DNA of 64,000 bases from Felis catus (lineage: Eukaryota). A program made the position numbers and the translations under genes. The notes under the pieces were generated by a model. That model worked only from the letters and a program-made list of their open reading frames with translations, was not told the origin of the DNA and did no database searches. Position 1 is the stretch's first letter. Every line of letters begins with the position of its first letter. Location of the stretch: positions 7,440,001-7,504,000 of the forward strand of contig NC_058368.1 in the NCBI RefSeq assembly GCF_018350175.1. Reading direction: 5' to 3'. Below are positions 11,179-22,725 of this stretch, piece by piece.

Positions 11179-11397
11179 CAGTTCCTCGACCTCTCCGCTA
11201 TTGACATTTTGGGCCAAAGAATCCTTCCTTACGGGAGCCTGTCTGTGCATTGCAAGATGTTTAGCAGCATCCCTGGCCTCCACCCACCAGATGCCAGTGG
11301 CACTCCCCAACCCCCACCAGTGTGACAGCTAAAGATGTCTCCAGATATTATCAACTGTCCTCTGGAGGCAAAAACCACTTAAGGTTGAGAATCACTG
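11179..11397 (-). mobile_element. MER20 (hAT-Charlie)
   Basis: Matches recalled MER20 consensus: TTGACATTTTGGGCC...GCAGCATCCCTGGCCTC.ACCCAC.AGATGCCAGT...GGTTGAGAATCACTG. Confidence 0.8.
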
Positions 11398-11913
11398 ATT
11401 TAGACCCATGTATTTTCTGCTGAATTTTTCCCATAGATTTCCTTTCCAGTCCATGGGGTCCAGGATTTGATAACCTAGCTCTGAGCACACCATTCTACCT
11501 TTCCTTCAATTATCCTTTTTTGAATAGATGTACCTTCCATATTCAGGACATTGGACTGTGCACCGAGATGTGGTGCGAGAGGAGGAAGGGGAAAGACAAA
11601 ACGTGTGGGAGGGGGGACACTCGGGGAGACACCAAAAATGGCCGCATAGTAGGAGTATGTCAGCTAGTCTACACAGCATTGGGCATGTGGATTGAAAGGG
11701 TGAATCAGTCACAGGCTTGCTGGCCGAGTAGAGTTTACAAAGCCACTGAAGCCTTTGCAAGAATATTCTATCCATTTGTCTCGTGACCTGTAGAAAATTA
11801 GGATCCCTCTTCAGTCATGTCCATGGGTGCCTACAACCTCTTGGGGGAAATTTTTCAGGAGCCTAAGTTGGCACACCCCCCCCCCCAGTCACATGCATGC
11901 AGAAGCATAGGCA

Positions 11914-11962
<49 letters not shown>

Positions 11963-12394
11963 ATCACCACCATAATGGTTCTTCCTGAAGCATACTCCTT
12001 ATCTGTTTTGTCAACGCCTGAAAGTCTAAAGCTAGAAATCAATTGTGTGAGCGGGACTTCCCAGCTCAAGGGAGGACATGCCCTCTGAGGTGCGCTAGGG
12101 AGCCATTGGACTTGTCATCCGTTTCAGGCCGTAGTGGGTAAGGAAGGTCCTGTCCTGTCCCACCACATTCAGGGGACAACTGATCAGCCTGGGTAGAATT
12201 TGAACACGTAGGGCTCCCTCGGGCAGTCCAGCAGTGAGGAGCTTCCCTGGCTGGTCCCATGGAGCTTCAGGCTGTGGGGACCTTGGGAGACAGAGGCTAC
12301 TTCCGTCATTGGCTCATTTGCACCGAAAGGTGCCAGACAGAAGTAGATGCCTGTCTCCTTGGTTCCGTGATGTTATGAATTTCTAGAGGAGCCC

Positions 12395-12781
12395 TGTTAT
12401 GGATGAATCGGCGTCTCCCTGCCTCCAAATTTACATGAGGAGGCCCAAACACCTAGTATCTCATAATGTAACTGCATTTGGAAATAGGGCCTTTGAAGAG
12501 GTAATTAAATGGGGTCATATGGGTGAGCCCTAATCTAATATGGCTCCCATCTGGAAGAGAAGAGAGACTCCAGACACATGCACACACGAGGGACGACCAT
12601 GTGAAGACACAGGGAGAATGCAGCCACCTGCAGGCCAAGGAGAGAGGTCTCAGGAGACACTAAGCCTGCCAGCACATTGCTCTGGGACCTTCGGCCCTCC
12701 TAACTGAGAGAAAATAAATTTCTGTGGCTTCAGCCACCCGGTCTGTGGTGTTTTGCCTGGCAGCTTTAATACACCAATACA
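12395..12781 (+). mobile_element. MLT1-type (ERVL-MaLR) solo LTR
   Basis: TGTTATGG start, TTTGGAAATAGGGCCTTTG, GAGAAAATAAATTTCTGT, ...CCAATACA end. Confidence 0.8.
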
Positions 12782-13966
12782 ATCTCTGACCCGGATGAGA
12801 GCTCTCTGGATCCTTCCATGCTCACGCAAGAATAGAAGATTGGAGAGGAAAGAGCCCTAGACTCGCAGTCAAGAACTTGAGGTCCAGACTCTGTCAGGCC
12901 CCGAATTCTATAACTTTGGACAAATCATGATCCTCCTGAATCATTCGTTTTTCCCTTCTCTAAAGTCAAGAGTTATAACTGGCATCACTGGGTTTTTTTT
13001 TTCTTTTTTATGACTAGCATCCCCCCTCTTTCTGATAATCATCTAGATTTTATTTTGTCAAATATAAATTAAAGTTAGCTCTGGAAGAAAGCAGGCATCC
13101 ACCGAGGTAGACCTCTGCACGTTGCGGGAGTTCTCCCCAGGGGGGGAGTGGGGAGTGGGGATCCAGTGGGGACTAGATATTTATTTCTCTCCTCCTTCCC
13201 CAGCAGATCAGGCCTGTGCACAGGACTTGGGCCCAGCGCTTCCCCCAGAAGTCTGACTCTAAGGAAGAGTGACACAGAGAGGCATGTCGGAGATTATTTC
13301 CTATGGCCATAAAGTTAAGAGCCTCTGAGTGATGGCAGATGACCTATGACAATGGTAGGAGGGATAGTCCAGGGCGAGACGCTGGCTATACCTTCTCTTT
13401 CTTCCTGCCCGGTTTCCAGCCATTTCCCTGATACTTTGCATTGATTCGGGGAACTACCAGGTGACCTTCCATTCAGTACCCGGTCTGCTTCAGTAGCTGG
13501 AATTCATTTCGGTGGTCTGCAACCAAGAACTTGGAGTGATGCAGTAATCCGTGCTATATACGAGCCATTCAAAACCTGCATGGGATTGTGAACAGACCTG
13601 GGACAAAGACGACTGTCTGTCCCTGAAACCGAGTATCAGTTCTGACCAGGTGGCTGGCACGACTTAAATAGGATTCCCTGGACCACTGCTCTTTGTGACC
13701 ACTGCTGTGGCCCATGCACCTGCCCTTTTGCCACACGGGAGCGTTTAGGCTCGGGTGGATGGTTTCGGAATTCGTCATCCAGTTGCCACAGCGTGAGTCA
13801 CAACCGGAGCATGAGCTGCCTCTTCCTGGAGCAGCACGGGGCTTCCTGGGGACAGCAGGAATGGTGTTTCTTCCCATCTCCCACCCCTGCAGGGAAGCCA
13901 TGCTCAGGCCTACGTGGAGACTCAGGATACGAGATCTCTGTCCTTCCTGTCTGGCCATGCCTCTTT

Positions 13967-14187
13967 CATTTTTTTTTTTTTTTAATGTTTATTTATTTGT
14001 GAGAGACAGAGAGAGACAGCACGAGCAGGGGAGGGGCAGAGAGAGAGGGAGACCCAGAATTGGAAGCAGGCTCCAGGCTCCGGGAGCCGTCCGCACAGAG
14101 CCCGACGCAGGGCTCGGATGCACGAACCGTGAGATCATGACCTGAGCCGAAGTCAGACGCTCAACTGACTGAGCCACCCAGGCGCCC
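13967..14187 (-). mobile_element. Can-SINE
   Basis: Antisense copy; TSD TGGCC(A/G)TGCCTC. Confidence 0.9.
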
Positions 14188-15270
14188 TTGGCCGTGCCTC
14201 CTTGAGGCGGTTGTCCGCCCATTCAATGTGTACACCCATTCACAGACCTGCACAGTCCGTGATACTTTGCTCTGACCCACCAGGGAGAAGACATTCTCTG
14301 AAATTCTCCTTCACCCCGAAGACTCTTCGTGTAGTTAAGAATGGCCTCCTGGCGCCTGCTAACTCTGCTAATCACGGCTCTTTACTGATAGAGCTCTTTC
14401 CTTCCCTAAAGGAATCTTCCCTAAAGAGTCTACCGGCTCTTTACTGATAGGGTCAGACACTGAATTCAAACCACTTTAAGCCAAAAGGTACCTATTGGCT
14501 CACAGAACCAATTAAGGGTCGAGCAGCACCGTCCTCAGGAGCTCCAGGGACATAGCAAGGTGGTGAGATCTCTCGCCCTTTCTCCCTATCCTTCGACGTC
14601 GCTCCTCTCTCTGTGCGGGCTTTATTCTTGCATGCTGTGGACAGGCTTTCTCCTTGCAGGGTGGGAGCGAGGGGGTAGGGGGTAGGCAAAAAGGAGAGAT
14701 GGCAACGGTCAGCTCCAGGCTTCCCTCATTCCAGCTAAACGATCCCGACAAAAGAGTATCCCTCTCTTGCCCAAAGTCCTACAGTGACGGCAAGTGGCAT
14801 GTCGTGGCAGCCCTAGAGTGCGACACCAGTCGTCCGAGGTGATAAGCATTTTTGCCACAGATCCATCCCGCCCGGCTCACGTGCCAGTCCTGTGACCACG
14901 GGCCGGGGTCGCACTCGGGCGGATACCGTGATCCGAGGCCCCAGCTGAACATGGCAAATGAGTTGGGTCTCGCAAGGAAAGAACGGAGGTGGGACGGACA
15001 AAACTCGATGTCCACCCTGAATACCAATGTCTACCCCATGTTATCGTGCCGTGTGGTTCACCAAGCGTGAGCCACGCATCCCTGGGCTTCTCTGAGACTC
15101 TTGCGGGGGGGTCCGAGAAGCCAAAGCTACTTTTCTAAGAATACTGGGATCTCCATTCACTGCGTAATATCTGCGTTGGTGGTACCATAGTGATGGTAGG
15201 GAAAACTGCCTGTGCCTGAGACAAATCAAGGCAGCGGCCCCTGTATTCTTGACCCCTCTGCACCCAGGGT

Positions 15271-15273
<3 letters not shown>

Positions 15274-15328
<55 letters not shown>
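15274..15328. repeat. (TA)n microsatellite
   Basis: Pure AT dinucleotide run inside the Charlie element. Confidence 0.95.
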
Positions 15329-15330
<2 letters not shown>

Positions 15331-16161
15331 AGCTGCACCTGAGAATGTTCATGATAAAGCGGTTGTAATGACCATTTGATGAATGCTCAACTTCGAAGAC
15401 AGGCCTTTCAACTTTGAAGATACGCCCTTTTAAGATTCTCTGAGATGAAATGGTAAGTTTCTACCTGCTGCAAATGAACGTACGAAAAACAGTGGTCGTG
15501 ACGAAAAGACCCATCAAGTGACTGGTTGAGTAGAAAGCTGAACTAGCTGCGGTTTTTTTCATAAGAAACCGTTTTACGCGGAAGAAGAACTAATGGGCAA
15601 ACTAATTATTCAGACTTGGGTGTTTGGTAGACATTTCCTTGAAAACAAAGTAAGCCTGATACCGTAAGGGGAAAAAAACGGACAATATACGCTGCTGGTG
15701 ATGAAATTCGAGATTTTAAGCAAAAATTGGAATGTTGGAATATATGGACCCCACTGCAAACTTAAAATCTTCTCGATACTTGGATTTTTCTCATGAGATG
15801 ATGACATTAACGTAGACGAATCGTTTAGTATTAAATAATGAAATGTGTCAGCATACGCATGAAGCATTAAACTCAGTGAACCAACATTTTCCAGACGACC
15901 GACGTTATGGGGCTACAAAATCAAGCACAGGTAAAGGTCCTGCTTTGGATTCTGTGTCTCCCTCTATCTCTGCCCCTCCCCAAAGTATATGGCAGACCAG
16001 CAGATTGCAATGTAACAGCGCACACAAATTTTATTGATATAATTTCAGATTCCACATTGTAACGAACATTCAAGAAACTACCCCCTTTTCATGTTTTGGC
16101 ACACTATCAAGAAAACCTTCCGTAATTAAATGAAAGGGTTATTAAAATACCCCTCCATTTT

Positions 16162-16464
16162 TTTTCAAATTTGTATTTAAATTCCAGTTAGTTAACATAC
16201 AGTGCAATCTAGGTTTCAGGAGCAGAATTCAGTGATGCATCACTTACATACAACAGTCAGGGCTCATCATAACAAGCACCCTCCTTAATGCCCATCACCC
16301 ATCTAGCCCATCCCCCCACTACCTCCTTCCATCACCCCTCAGTTTGTTCTCTATCTTAAAGACTCTCTTATGGCTTATTTCTCTCTCTCTCTTTTCTTTC
16401 TTCCCCCCTCCCATATGTTCATCTACTTTGTTTCTTAAATTCCACATACGGGTGAAATCATCTG
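16162..16464 (-). mobile_element. 5'-truncated carnivore L1 3' end inserted in Charlie1
   Basis: Typical L1 3' UTR on the minus strand, flanked by TSD ATACCCCTCCATTTT (16147-16161 and 16465-16479). Confidence 0.85.
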
Positions 16465-16948
16465 ATACCCCTCCATTTTTAGCTGCGTATTTGTCTGAGG
16501 CTGATTTTCTTGATATATGGCAAGCAACACAGCATCTCACAAAAGGCTGAGTGCAGAAGGACGTGTGAGAATTCATCTGTCTCCTATGGAGCCAGACATT
16601 AAAGAGATCTGCCAAAATACAATGTCTTTCTTGCAACTAAATATGTTGTTTTGGAAATTATAGTTATTTTCACATAACTGGTACATAAAACATTTTAGGA
16701 GTGTGTGTTATTATAAGTATTTAGGAATGGGTTTATTGTTGAAAATCCATTAATAAATATTTTCAAATGTTCTGTTTTAATTTCAATACTGTAAATCTTA
16801 TTATATCTGAATATAATTTACATGGGATATATCATCCCACGCAAACCAAAGTTCTTTGGAGTCCTCGATGCTTTTTAAGATTGCTAAGGGGTTCCAAGAC
16901 CAAACCATTTGAGAAGGGCTGTTGTAGGATATTAAAAATAATAGCAGC

Positions 16949-17162
16949 TGGGGCGTCCGGGTGGCTCATTCAGTTAAGCCTCCGACTTCAACTCAGGTCA
17001 TGATCTCGAGGTTCATGAGTTCGAGCCCCCATCGGGCTCTGTGCTTCAGCTCAGAGCCTGAAGCCTGCTTTGGATTCTGTGTCTCCCTCTATCCCTGCCC
17101 CTCTCCAACTTGTGCGCGCTCTCCCCCTCTCTCTCAAAGGTGAAGAAACGTTAAAAAAAAAA
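16949..17162 (+). mobile_element. Can-SINE
   Basis: tRNA-like head, body and A tail; AATAGCAGC duplicated on both sides. Confidence 0.9.
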
Positions 17163-17184
17163 GGTTCAAAAAATAGCAGCCAAC

Positions 17185-17425
17185 ACTTAATGGGTAATTT
17201 AGCGCTTACTGAATGCTTACTAATTGCCAGGCATATATTGACCTTAATCCTCATGCCAACTCCACGAGGTAGGAATTACTATAATCCCCATTCCACAGAT
17301 GAAAAAAAAAAAAAAAACACTGAGGCACAGAGAGACTCAATGACTCTCCAAGAGCATCCTGCTAGCCCACAGAGAAAGCGGAATCTGGATCTGGAAGTCC
17401 AACTCTAGGGCTCATGCTCTTAACC
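17185..17425 (-). mobile_element. MIR
   Basis: ATCCCCATTCCACAGATGA...ACTGAGGCACAGAGA antisense core. Confidence 0.7.
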
Positions 17426-17639
17426 TTTCAAAATGTCTCCTCCTCTCTGTGAGCTAGCTTTGGAAGCTGTTCACTTGTCCATCCAAGGTAACCATCTGGG
17501 TATCCGTAACCATTTCAAAGAACCAGGAGGTCTCTCACATCACAGTCTCCCTCTCCTACTCACCCCAATGTCTAAGCCTCCTGTCTACAGAAGTGATTCA
17601 AAAAATAAAACACCGGACCATTTCAAAAGTTGCGTTTGA

Positions 17640-17822
17640 GGGGCGCCTGGGTGGCTCAGGCCATGATCTCACAGTCCGTGAGTTCGAGCCCCGCGTCGGG
17701 CTCCGTGCTGATGGCTCGGAGCCTGGAGCCTGCTTCGGATTCTGTGTCTCCCTCTCTCTGTCTGCCCCTCCCCTGTTCATGCTCTGTCTCTGTTAATAAA
17801 CATTAAAAAAAAATTTTTTTTG
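17640..17822 (+). mobile_element. Can-SINE with internal deletion in the head
   Basis: GGTGGCTCAG joined directly to GCCATGATCTC; TSD AAAGTTGC(G/A)TTTGA. Confidence 0.85.
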
Positions 17823-19097
17823 TAAAGTTGCATTTGACGCAAAATCTGACAATTTCCCACATGATGCCTTCCAACCTGGCTTCCCTAAAGGAATCTTACA
17901 TTGCTTTCCTCTGTGGAGAAAAAGGCAGGGAAGTGTCCCCTTCCACCATGGAGTAACTACCAAAGCCCAGCCCACCTGCTCCTGAAAGTTTCCAAGTTTC
18001 CATCTTTTTTTTCCCCCATGACAGTCTTAAAATTGGAAAATGGCACGTAGCTATGTATGTTTCTATCACCCGTGCCATTATGACCAAAGTCTAGCCTACA
18101 GCCTGCATTCATGTCACCTCGTGGGCCACAGTGCAAAGGAGATCCGGCCATAAGAAAGTCACCTGGTCGCAAGCCCCTCTGTGATCCTTAGTTCCGTCTG
18201 GTGGGCACAGGAGGTCTCTGTACTGTGCTGACAACCGCGAATCGATCTTTGGCCGCATGATTTCTCTTGGTAACCTTGGCCCAATATACCAAGCACATTA
18301 TGACACTTGCCGAGTAACTGAAATCCCACTTCCTTCCAGCATCTTTTAATTAAAACGTAAATCTGAGCACGAACAAGTGATCGCAACTCTATCTACATCA
18401 GCCCAGCAAGAAGGGGTTGAAACTCCAAACGGATTTTGACGTTCTTTCACCCACTTAAGGCACTTGGGGGATACGGTTTGCGTGAAAGATGCTTCGGAAA
18501 ATGAAGTTGTCATGTATTGTATGTGTAAATAAACCTTTCAGCTCCCTGGCAGAATCCAAGCTCCGTGGGGCTAGAAAAGCATTCTGGGTATTGGCATGCA
18601 AATGAGCGTGTCAACAGCGGTTAGAGTGTACCTTCGAGGGGTAAACAAGCTGATTGTCATGGGAAATGTAGTGGGCTCGGCTCTGTTTGAAACTGTTTTG
18701 CAAATCCCTTGTTTGGTGAGATTTCTGAGAGTTGAGTTTGCGAACTCAATAATACAGCTTAATACCAAATTCCCAGTCACACCGTCTTTGGATGCCTGAC
18801 AGGGTTGTGCACACCATAAAGGGCCCTACGAGCAGGCGTGCCCAATTAGGTTCGGAATGCAGGAGGCCCGACGCACAAACAGGCTGAAGTAAGATGTCGG
18901 CCACAATCAGAAAGTGGCCGGAGGGCAGACGTGCCTCCGACCCCCCATTCTAAGTGCACGTGTGTAAGGCCCCCACGACACTGGCGGCCGGTGACGTTCC
19001 GTCCCTCCCACTCCCGACCTGGCAAAAGCCTACTGGGCCTCCTCTGAGAAGCCATCTGGCCCTCCCCAGGTGGGATCAGCCCTGCCCCTCTCAGGGA

Positions 19098-19478
19098 GGC
19101 CCTCTGTCCCTGCCTCTATGCGGCACTGCCCTCGACAGATCAGTCGCTGCTGGGCCTGTCCCTCTCTGGGAGCCCCGAGGCCCTCTGTCCCTGCCTCTAT
19201 GCGGCACTGCCCTCAATAGATCAGTCCCTGCTGGGACTGTCCCTCTCCAGGAGCCCCGGGGCCCTCTGTCTCTGCCTCTATGAGGCACTGCCCTGCCTCC
19301 ATCAGTCCCTGCTGGGTCTGTCCCTCTCCGGGAGCCCCGGGGCCCTCTGTCCCTGCCTCTATGTGGCACTGCCCTGCCTCCATCAGTCCCTGCTGGGTCT
19401 GTCCCTCTCCGGGAGCCCCAGGGCCCTCTGTCCCTGCCTGTATGAGGCACTGCCCTGCCTCCATCAGTCCCTGCTGGG
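19098..19478. repeat. 81-bp minisatellite, ~4.7 copies
   Basis: CCCTCTGT(C)C recurs at 19100, 19181, 19262, 19343 and 19424 (period exactly 81). Confidence 0.95.
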
Positions 19479-20317
19479 CGCTAGGCTGGACTCTGACCAC
19501 AGTGAATCGCACCCACGTGTCTCCCCAGCTAAGAGCCACCCCTCAAGGCAAGATACGGGTTCTTACTGCACTCTGTGTCCCCGGGGCCCTGGCACTCAGA
19601 GAGCACCGTGTGTGTGCGTGTGTGTGTGTGCGCGCGCGCAGGTTCACCTCCTCCCTGCCTGGAGGGAGGTGAACGAAGCAAAAGTACCGATTCCTGAACA
19701 TTGTTTCTTTTGCCGCGTGTTTCCTCATCCGTCTTGGTCTGGCCTCCCCAACTGCGCCAACCTTGCTCGGCCCTGGGGTCCGCTTCCTCCCCCAGCCTCC
19801 CAGGGCAGCCCCTCTCCACGCTTCTTCTCGGCCCACCCTTTGTCTTCCAAAGTCACGCTGGGGCCTTTGTCTAGGCCTCCTCAAAACCACTTCTCTGAAG
19901 AGCCCACAGTCAGCAAAGCCAGCCAGCCCCGGAGCTTCCCTCCCCAGAAACGCAGATCAGCCTTTCCCCCATGGCCTCTTGTCTGTTACCCTCAGAGCAG
20001 GCTCAGAGTGAGCTGGGTGCCCCGGTCCGCCTGCCCGTTAGCTCCTGCACGAGTCAGGGCAGCGTGGGCCAGGGCTTCCCAGCAAAGCGCCTAGCGGTCG
20101 TGGACGCATGGCCTGAGCCACCGAGGGGTGAGCAGGAAGCGTGTTCCATGACCACAGCGTTGTGCTTTCCGGGGGGTACAAGTCTGGTCGTGGGGCTGAA
20201 AGCGTTAGACGTGGTCTTACTCGAACCTCATCGAGGTCCGTGTCTGGGAATGCTTTCCATTCCGTGTGTCTCCTGTTCCGGCTTGGGATCAGATCGTGAC
20301 CCGCTTCTGTGACCCAC

Positions 20318-20758
20318 TGTGACGGGCCGAACTGTGTCTCCCCCACCGCCCCCCACCCTCCCTGACACGTAGGTTTAAGTCCTAACCCCCAACACCTCAG
20401 AATGTGGCTGTATTTAGAGACGGGGTCTCTAAAAAGGCAACAAGATTAAAGTGAGGCTGCTGAGTGGGTCCTGATTCGATCTGCCTGGTGTCGTCCTCCT
20501 CGGAAGAGGCAGTTTGGACACAGACGGGCGCCCGCAACAGAGCAAAGGACCAGGGAAGGACACGGCGAGAAGGTGGCCACCTGCAAGGCGAGGAAAAAGG
20601 CCTCGGGAGAACCCCACCTGCCGACATTTGGCTCCTCAACATCCGGCCTCCAGAACCGGGAGGAAGAGAAACTTCTGCTGTTTCAGCCACCGGCGTAAAC
20701 ATAGTATTGAACATGAAACATCGTGGTATATTTGCCCTGCAGCCCTAGCAAAACTACC
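20318..20758 (+). mobile_element. MLT1-type (ERVL-MaLR) solo LTR
   Basis: TGTGACGGGCCGAACTGTGTC start, ACCTCAGAATGTGGCTGTATTT, GCAGCCCTAGCAAAACTA end. Confidence 0.8.
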
Positions 20759-20764
20759 ACTTTC

Positions 20765-21213
20765 TTTTTTTTTTTTTTTTCAACGTTTATTTATTTTTTG
20801 GGACAGAGAGAGACAGAGCATGAACAGGGGAGGGGCAGAGAGAGAGGGAGACACAGAATCGGAAACAGGCTCCAGGCTCGGAGCCATCAGCACAGAGCCC
20901 GACGCGGGGCTGGAACTCACGGACCGCGAGATCGTGACCTGGCTGAAGTCGGACGCTCAACCGACTGCGCCACCCAGGCGCCCCTCTCTCGAACTCTTTT
21001 TTTTTTTTTTTCAATGTTTATTTATTTTTGGGACAGAGAGAGACAGAGCATGAACGGGGGAGGGGCAGAGAGAGAGGGAGACACAGAATCGGAAACAGGC
21101 TCCAGGCTCTGAGCCATCAGCCCAGAGCCCGACGCGGGGCTCGAACTCACGGACCGCGAGATCGTGACCTGGCTGTAGTCGGACGCTCAACCGACTGCGC
21201 CACCCAGGCGCCC
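20765..21213 (-). mobile_element. Tandem pair of young Can-SINEs within one TSD
   Basis: Copies at 20765-20984 and 20997-21213; TSD CAAAACTACCACTTTC at 20749-20764 and 21214-21229. Confidence 0.92.
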
Positions 21214-22007
21214 CAAAACTACCACTTTCATTACGTGTTCAGGTTTTCTCTTCATGCAGAGAAACCTCCTGTGCATGGAATCCATTCCTTTGTGAGATGT
21301 GGGAATTCTGACCGGGCCGCCTGGGCATAAGAGGCCGGAGCTAGCTGTCTCCGTGGGACTGTGGCCATGCCTAGGCACTGCCTGTGCCAGGCACGCCCGG
21401 GCACAGTCACACAGAGGCAAGGTGGACAGTCAGGGCAGCCGCTGAGTCCCTGACGCCTCTCCCGAACTTCCAGCTGATTCTGACCATTCCCTCCCTGTTC
21501 GTACGGGCGTTTGCTTATTCCACAAATATCCGCCGAGCACCGACTAGTCTATGCATCAGCTAACGGTGAGAAAAACCATCCTGATGTACGGAGCTTACGT
21601 TTGAGAGGGGAGAACAATTTTAGGCAAATCAGCCACAAACTGGAAGAAAGGCCACAATTAGATGAGGAAGACAGAAGAGAAAACCCCAACAAGGACCATG
21701 CACCCAGGAACGCAGTGAATATTTATTAAATGAATGAGTCAGCCTCACATGGGAGACCTGAGATCTTAAGGATGAGGAGGAGTTAACTAGGCAAAGATCG
21801 AGGTATGTATGGAAAGAAGTGAAGGAAAGAGCAGCCTATGCAAAGGGACTGGGGTAGGGGGGCACAAGGCCCTCTCTAGGAAATGAGAAAAGGCCCAGGG
21901 ATGGGAATGCAAAGAGCAAGAGGCAGTTCCTGGAACGGTAACATCGGAGAGCGAGGCAGGGGCTTAGGGCTGAACCCGGTTGGCTGGATTAAGGATTTGG
22001 GTTTTTG

Positions 22008-22227
22008 TTTTTTAATTTTTTTTTTAACGTTTATTTATTTTTGAGACAGAGAGAGACAGAGCATGAACGGGGGAGGGGCAGAGAGAGAGGGAGACACAGA
22101 ATCGGAAACAGGCTCCAGGCTCTGAGCCATCAGCCCAGAGCCCGACGCAGGGCTCGAACTCACGGACCGCGAGATCGTGACCTGGCTGAAGTCGGACGCT
22201 TAACCGACTGAGCCACCCAGGCGCCCC
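22008..22227 (-). mobile_element. Young Can-SINE
   Basis: Perfect 17-bp TSD AAGGATTTGGGTTTTTG (21991-22007 and 22228-22244). Confidence 0.92.
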
Positions 22228-22309
22228 AAGGATTTGGGTTTTTGCTTTAAGACCAATGGAACCCACGGAAGAGTTTGAAGCAGAGGGCTGACTCAGATTT
22301 TTGGGTTTT

Positions 22310-22725
22310 GTTTTGGGTTTTGTTTTAAGTTTATTTATTCATTTTTTTTTAATTTTTTTTTTCCAACGTTTATTTTCTTTTTGGGACAGAGAGAGACAGA
22401 GCATGAACGGGGGAGGGGCAGAGAGAGAGGGAGACACAGAATAGGAAACAGGCTCCAGGCTCTGAGCCGTCAGCCCAGAGCCCGACGCGGGACTCGAACT
22501 CACGGACCGCGAGATCGTGACCTGGCTGAAGTCGGACGCTTAACTGACTGCGCCACCCAGGCGCCCCTATTTATTCATTGTGAGAGAGAGGGAGAGAGAG
22601 AATCCCCAGCAGGCTCTGTGCTGCCAGCACAGAGCCCAGCGAGGGGCCTGAACTCACAAACCATGAGCTCACGGCTTGAGCCGAAATCAAGAGTTGGACG
22701 CCTCCTTGCGCCACCCAGATGCCCC
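22310..22725 (-). mobile_element. Older Can-SINE with a young Can-SINE (~22344-22567) inserted in its tail
   Basis: Inner TSD TATTTATTCATT; the outer element resumes at GAGAGAGAGGGAGAG. Confidence 0.85.

Larger units (their letters stand above)
15050..16921 (+). mobile_element. Charlie1a-like hAT DNA transposon fossil (interrupted)
   Basis: Ends resemble Charlie1 termini (GTGGTTCACCAAG...GGGGGTCCGAGAAG and ...CCATTTGAGAAGGGCTG); decayed transposase-like interior; interrupted by (TA)n, a SINE fragment and an L1 piece. Confidence 0.75.

Noticed and set aside
19091..19539. Repeat-protein ORFs or a CRISPR-like array
   Set aside because: Units are contiguous 81-bp repeats without unique spacers; the peptide repeats follow from the period being divisible by 3.
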